Shown: positions 62,347 to 64,000 of the stretch, in pieces
How the letters are laid out: the number at the start of each line of letters is the position of its first letter
How positions within the stretch are numbered: position 1 is the first letter of the stretch
DNA from: an uncultured archaeon
Lineage (GTDB): Archaea; Asgardarchaeota; Heimdallarchaeia; Heimdallarchaeales; Heimdallarchaeaceae
NCBI GenBank assembly: GCA_964534625.1
Contig: CAZHRF010000004.1
Coordinates: 52,841-116,840, forward strand
Length of the DNA stretch: 64,000 nt
Reading direction: 5' to 3'
Made by a program: the position numbers and the translations under genes
Notes under the pieces: model-generated
Databases searched by the model: none
Told to the model about the DNA's origin: nothing
The model's input: the letters and a program-made list of their open reading frames with translations, nothing else

Positions 62347-62402
62347 ATGGGATGCGCTAAAGAACTAAATACATCAGTTTTTTCAATGCTCTTATGCTCC
62401 AT
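62347..62402 (-). pseudogene. 5' part of the split winged-helix regulator
   Basis: GAGGT SD, then MEHKSIEKTDVFSSLAHP; joins 58522+ in frame at CCCAT. Confidence 0.75.
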
Positions 62403-62763
62403 CAAATAACCTCAGATAAAATCAAATTCACGGGTCTATTTGTGAATGATTAGTATGTTAAAAGAGTTTTTTGTTTATTTTAAGATTTCTAATGTACTAC
62501 TGATTCACTATTCATTAATCATGAACCTGGGAAAACAGTCGTATATTCCATGTAATCGGGTAATGCTTGCAGTACCAGCTAGTAGGGTAAATTGGTCACA
62601 TACCCTAACTATCGTTCCGTCCCGGAGGTGAAACTTGATTAAAGTATGTTTGGAAAATATTTCTTTTCGTTTCTTCTTATATTTAAAAGTATATAAAAAA
62701 TTATTGTAGCCTAGCAAACTATTTATGGTGGTATAAATAATAGTATATCGGTGATATAAACTT

Positions 62764-64000
62764 ATGAAAATCCGTGTAAAAATCTCTCTTATTTTACTAG
62801 TCATTTTATGTTTAACTAATTTATTACCGTTATATTCAGCTTTAGCATTAAAAAATTCTAACATAGGTAAAAGTGAGGAAAAAGGAGTTAGTCATAAATT
62901 TGATAAAATCAAAGAGAATAATAAATGGAAAATTAATGAGATACCAGATATAAAAGAAAATAGCGATCTAAATCAGTTTGATGAAAGAAAAGAACAAAAA
63001 ATGGAACAAATAAATAGTAAAGAACCGCATAATGGAACATCTTATGAGAAAATTGAAGGGTTAAATGAGCTAATGGATGAAGATACGTTTGAATCTACAT
63101 GGGATACAGCAAGAACGAGTAGTGGATCAAGCGGACCTAATTATATAGCATTACCCTTGCAGTCTACTGGTACTTATGATTTTACCGTTGAGTGGGGAGA
63201 TAGTACGAAAAATAAAATAACTAGTTGGGATCAACCAGAAGCTACTCATTACTATGATTCAGCGGGTATTTATACTATAACAATTACGGGAACACTTGTA
63301 GGGTGGAGGTTCGCCAATGATGGGGATAGATTAAAAATACTGGAAATAGATCAATGGGGAAATATGAATCTGGGAAATGACGGAAGCTATTTCTATGGGT
63401 GCGAAAATCTTGTCCTTAATGCTCGTGATGCACCCAATTTAAGTAGTACAACTAATCTTAGTCGTACATTTAGTTATTGTGAAAACCTAGGTGATCAAGG
63501 AGACATGAACAGTTGGGATACCAGCGAAGTAACTAATATGAGTTGGATGTTCTTTGGGGCTGAAGATTTTAACCAACCTATAGATGCATGGGACACGGGC
63601 CAAGTAACCGACATGGTGTGTATGTTAGCTGGTCCGTGGGGAATGACGTCTTCTTTTAATCAACCTATTGGAAGCTGGAATACTAGTAGCGTCAACGATA
63701 TGAACGGTATGTTCGGTCAGGCTACTTCTTTTAATCAAGCTATTGGAAGCTGGAATACAAGTAGCGTCAAAGATATGAACGGTATGTTTTTACAAGCTCA
63801 TTCCTTCAACCAACCTATAGGTGCATGGGACACGAGCCAAGTAACCAATATGAGGTCTATGTTTTTCCTAGCTTATTCCTTCAACCAACCTATAGGTACA
63901 TGGGACACGAGCCAAGTAACCGATATGCATTTTATGTTTTCTGATGCTTATTCCTTCAACCAACCTATAGGTACATGGGACACGAGCCAAGTAACCGATA
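62764..64000 (+). CDS. BspA-family / DUF285 repeat surface protein (runs off window end)
   Basis: Signal peptide [22 protein letters not shown]...[12 protein letters not shown]-like domain, 25-aa FNQPIGxWDTSQVTxMxxMF repeats; no stop before 64000. Confidence 0.93.
   Translation, partial: MKIRVKISLILLVILCLTNLLPLYSALALKNSNIGKSEEKGVSHKFDKIKENNKWKINEIPDIKENSDLNQFDERKEQKMEQINSKEPHNGTSYEKIEGLNELMDEDTFESTWDTARTSSGSSGPNYIALPLQSTGTYDFTVEWGDSTKNKITSWDQPEATHYYDSAGIYTITITGTLVGWRFANDGDRLKILEIDQWGNMNLGNDGSYFYGCENLVLNARDAPNLSSTTNLSRTFSYCENLGDQGDMNSWDTSEVTNMSWMFFGAEDFNQPIDAWDTGQVTDMVCMLAGPWGMTSSFNQPIGSWNTSSVNDMNGMFGQATSFNQAIGSWNTSSVKDMNGMFLQAHSFNQPIGAWDTSQVTNMRSMFFLAYSFNQPIGTWDTSQVTDMHFMFSDAYSFNQPIGTWDTSQVTD

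Noticed and set aside
62446-62864. ORFs 62446-62631 (+) and 62508-62864 (-)
   Set aside because: No recognisable motifs; the latter is antisense to the BspA start. A TAGGGTA/TACCCTA hairpin near 62583-62607 was too weak to call.
63800-64000. CRISPR-like repeat/spacer pattern
   Set aside because: The 75-bp period is in frame and encodes DUF285 repeats; no cas genes.

Overview
AT-rich window that looks like an Asgard archaeon, probably Heimdallarchaeia-like. This is inferred from Arf- and MglA-like small GTPases with longin/roadblock-type domains, RadA, Hef/XPD-type helicases and giant membrane-anchored surface proteins. Housekeeping genes: ileS (5'-truncated), thrC, NAD-dependent ligA, FKBP, rubredoxin (missed by the ORF track), a P1B ATPase and an MFS transporter. 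Accessory genes: surface proteins, TA modules, a truncated TnpB and several pseudogene scars. I saw no rRNA, tRNA or CRISPR array. Most notable: (1) a wHTH gene split in two, whose halves rejoin exactly in frame if 58527-62346 is inverted at a CCCAT core; the left breakpoint carries a 36-bp motif that recurs at another gene breakpoint 55 kb away. (2) A GriC/EhpF-like adenylating enzyme and a GriD-like reductase whose starts lie 14 kb apart on opposite strands share a 19/21-nt start region, and sit among GTPase/MinD/longin genes. (3) A duplicated surface module pairs a ~650-aa anchored protein with a catalytically degenerate M50-like membrane protein; one copy is in an apparent operon with a 2704-aa Ig-repeat protein and a possible TFIIB/cyclin-like protein. 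(4) A motif-dead Hef-like helicase is coupled to a RecA-family ATPase. All family calls come from motif recognition by eye; no searches were run.
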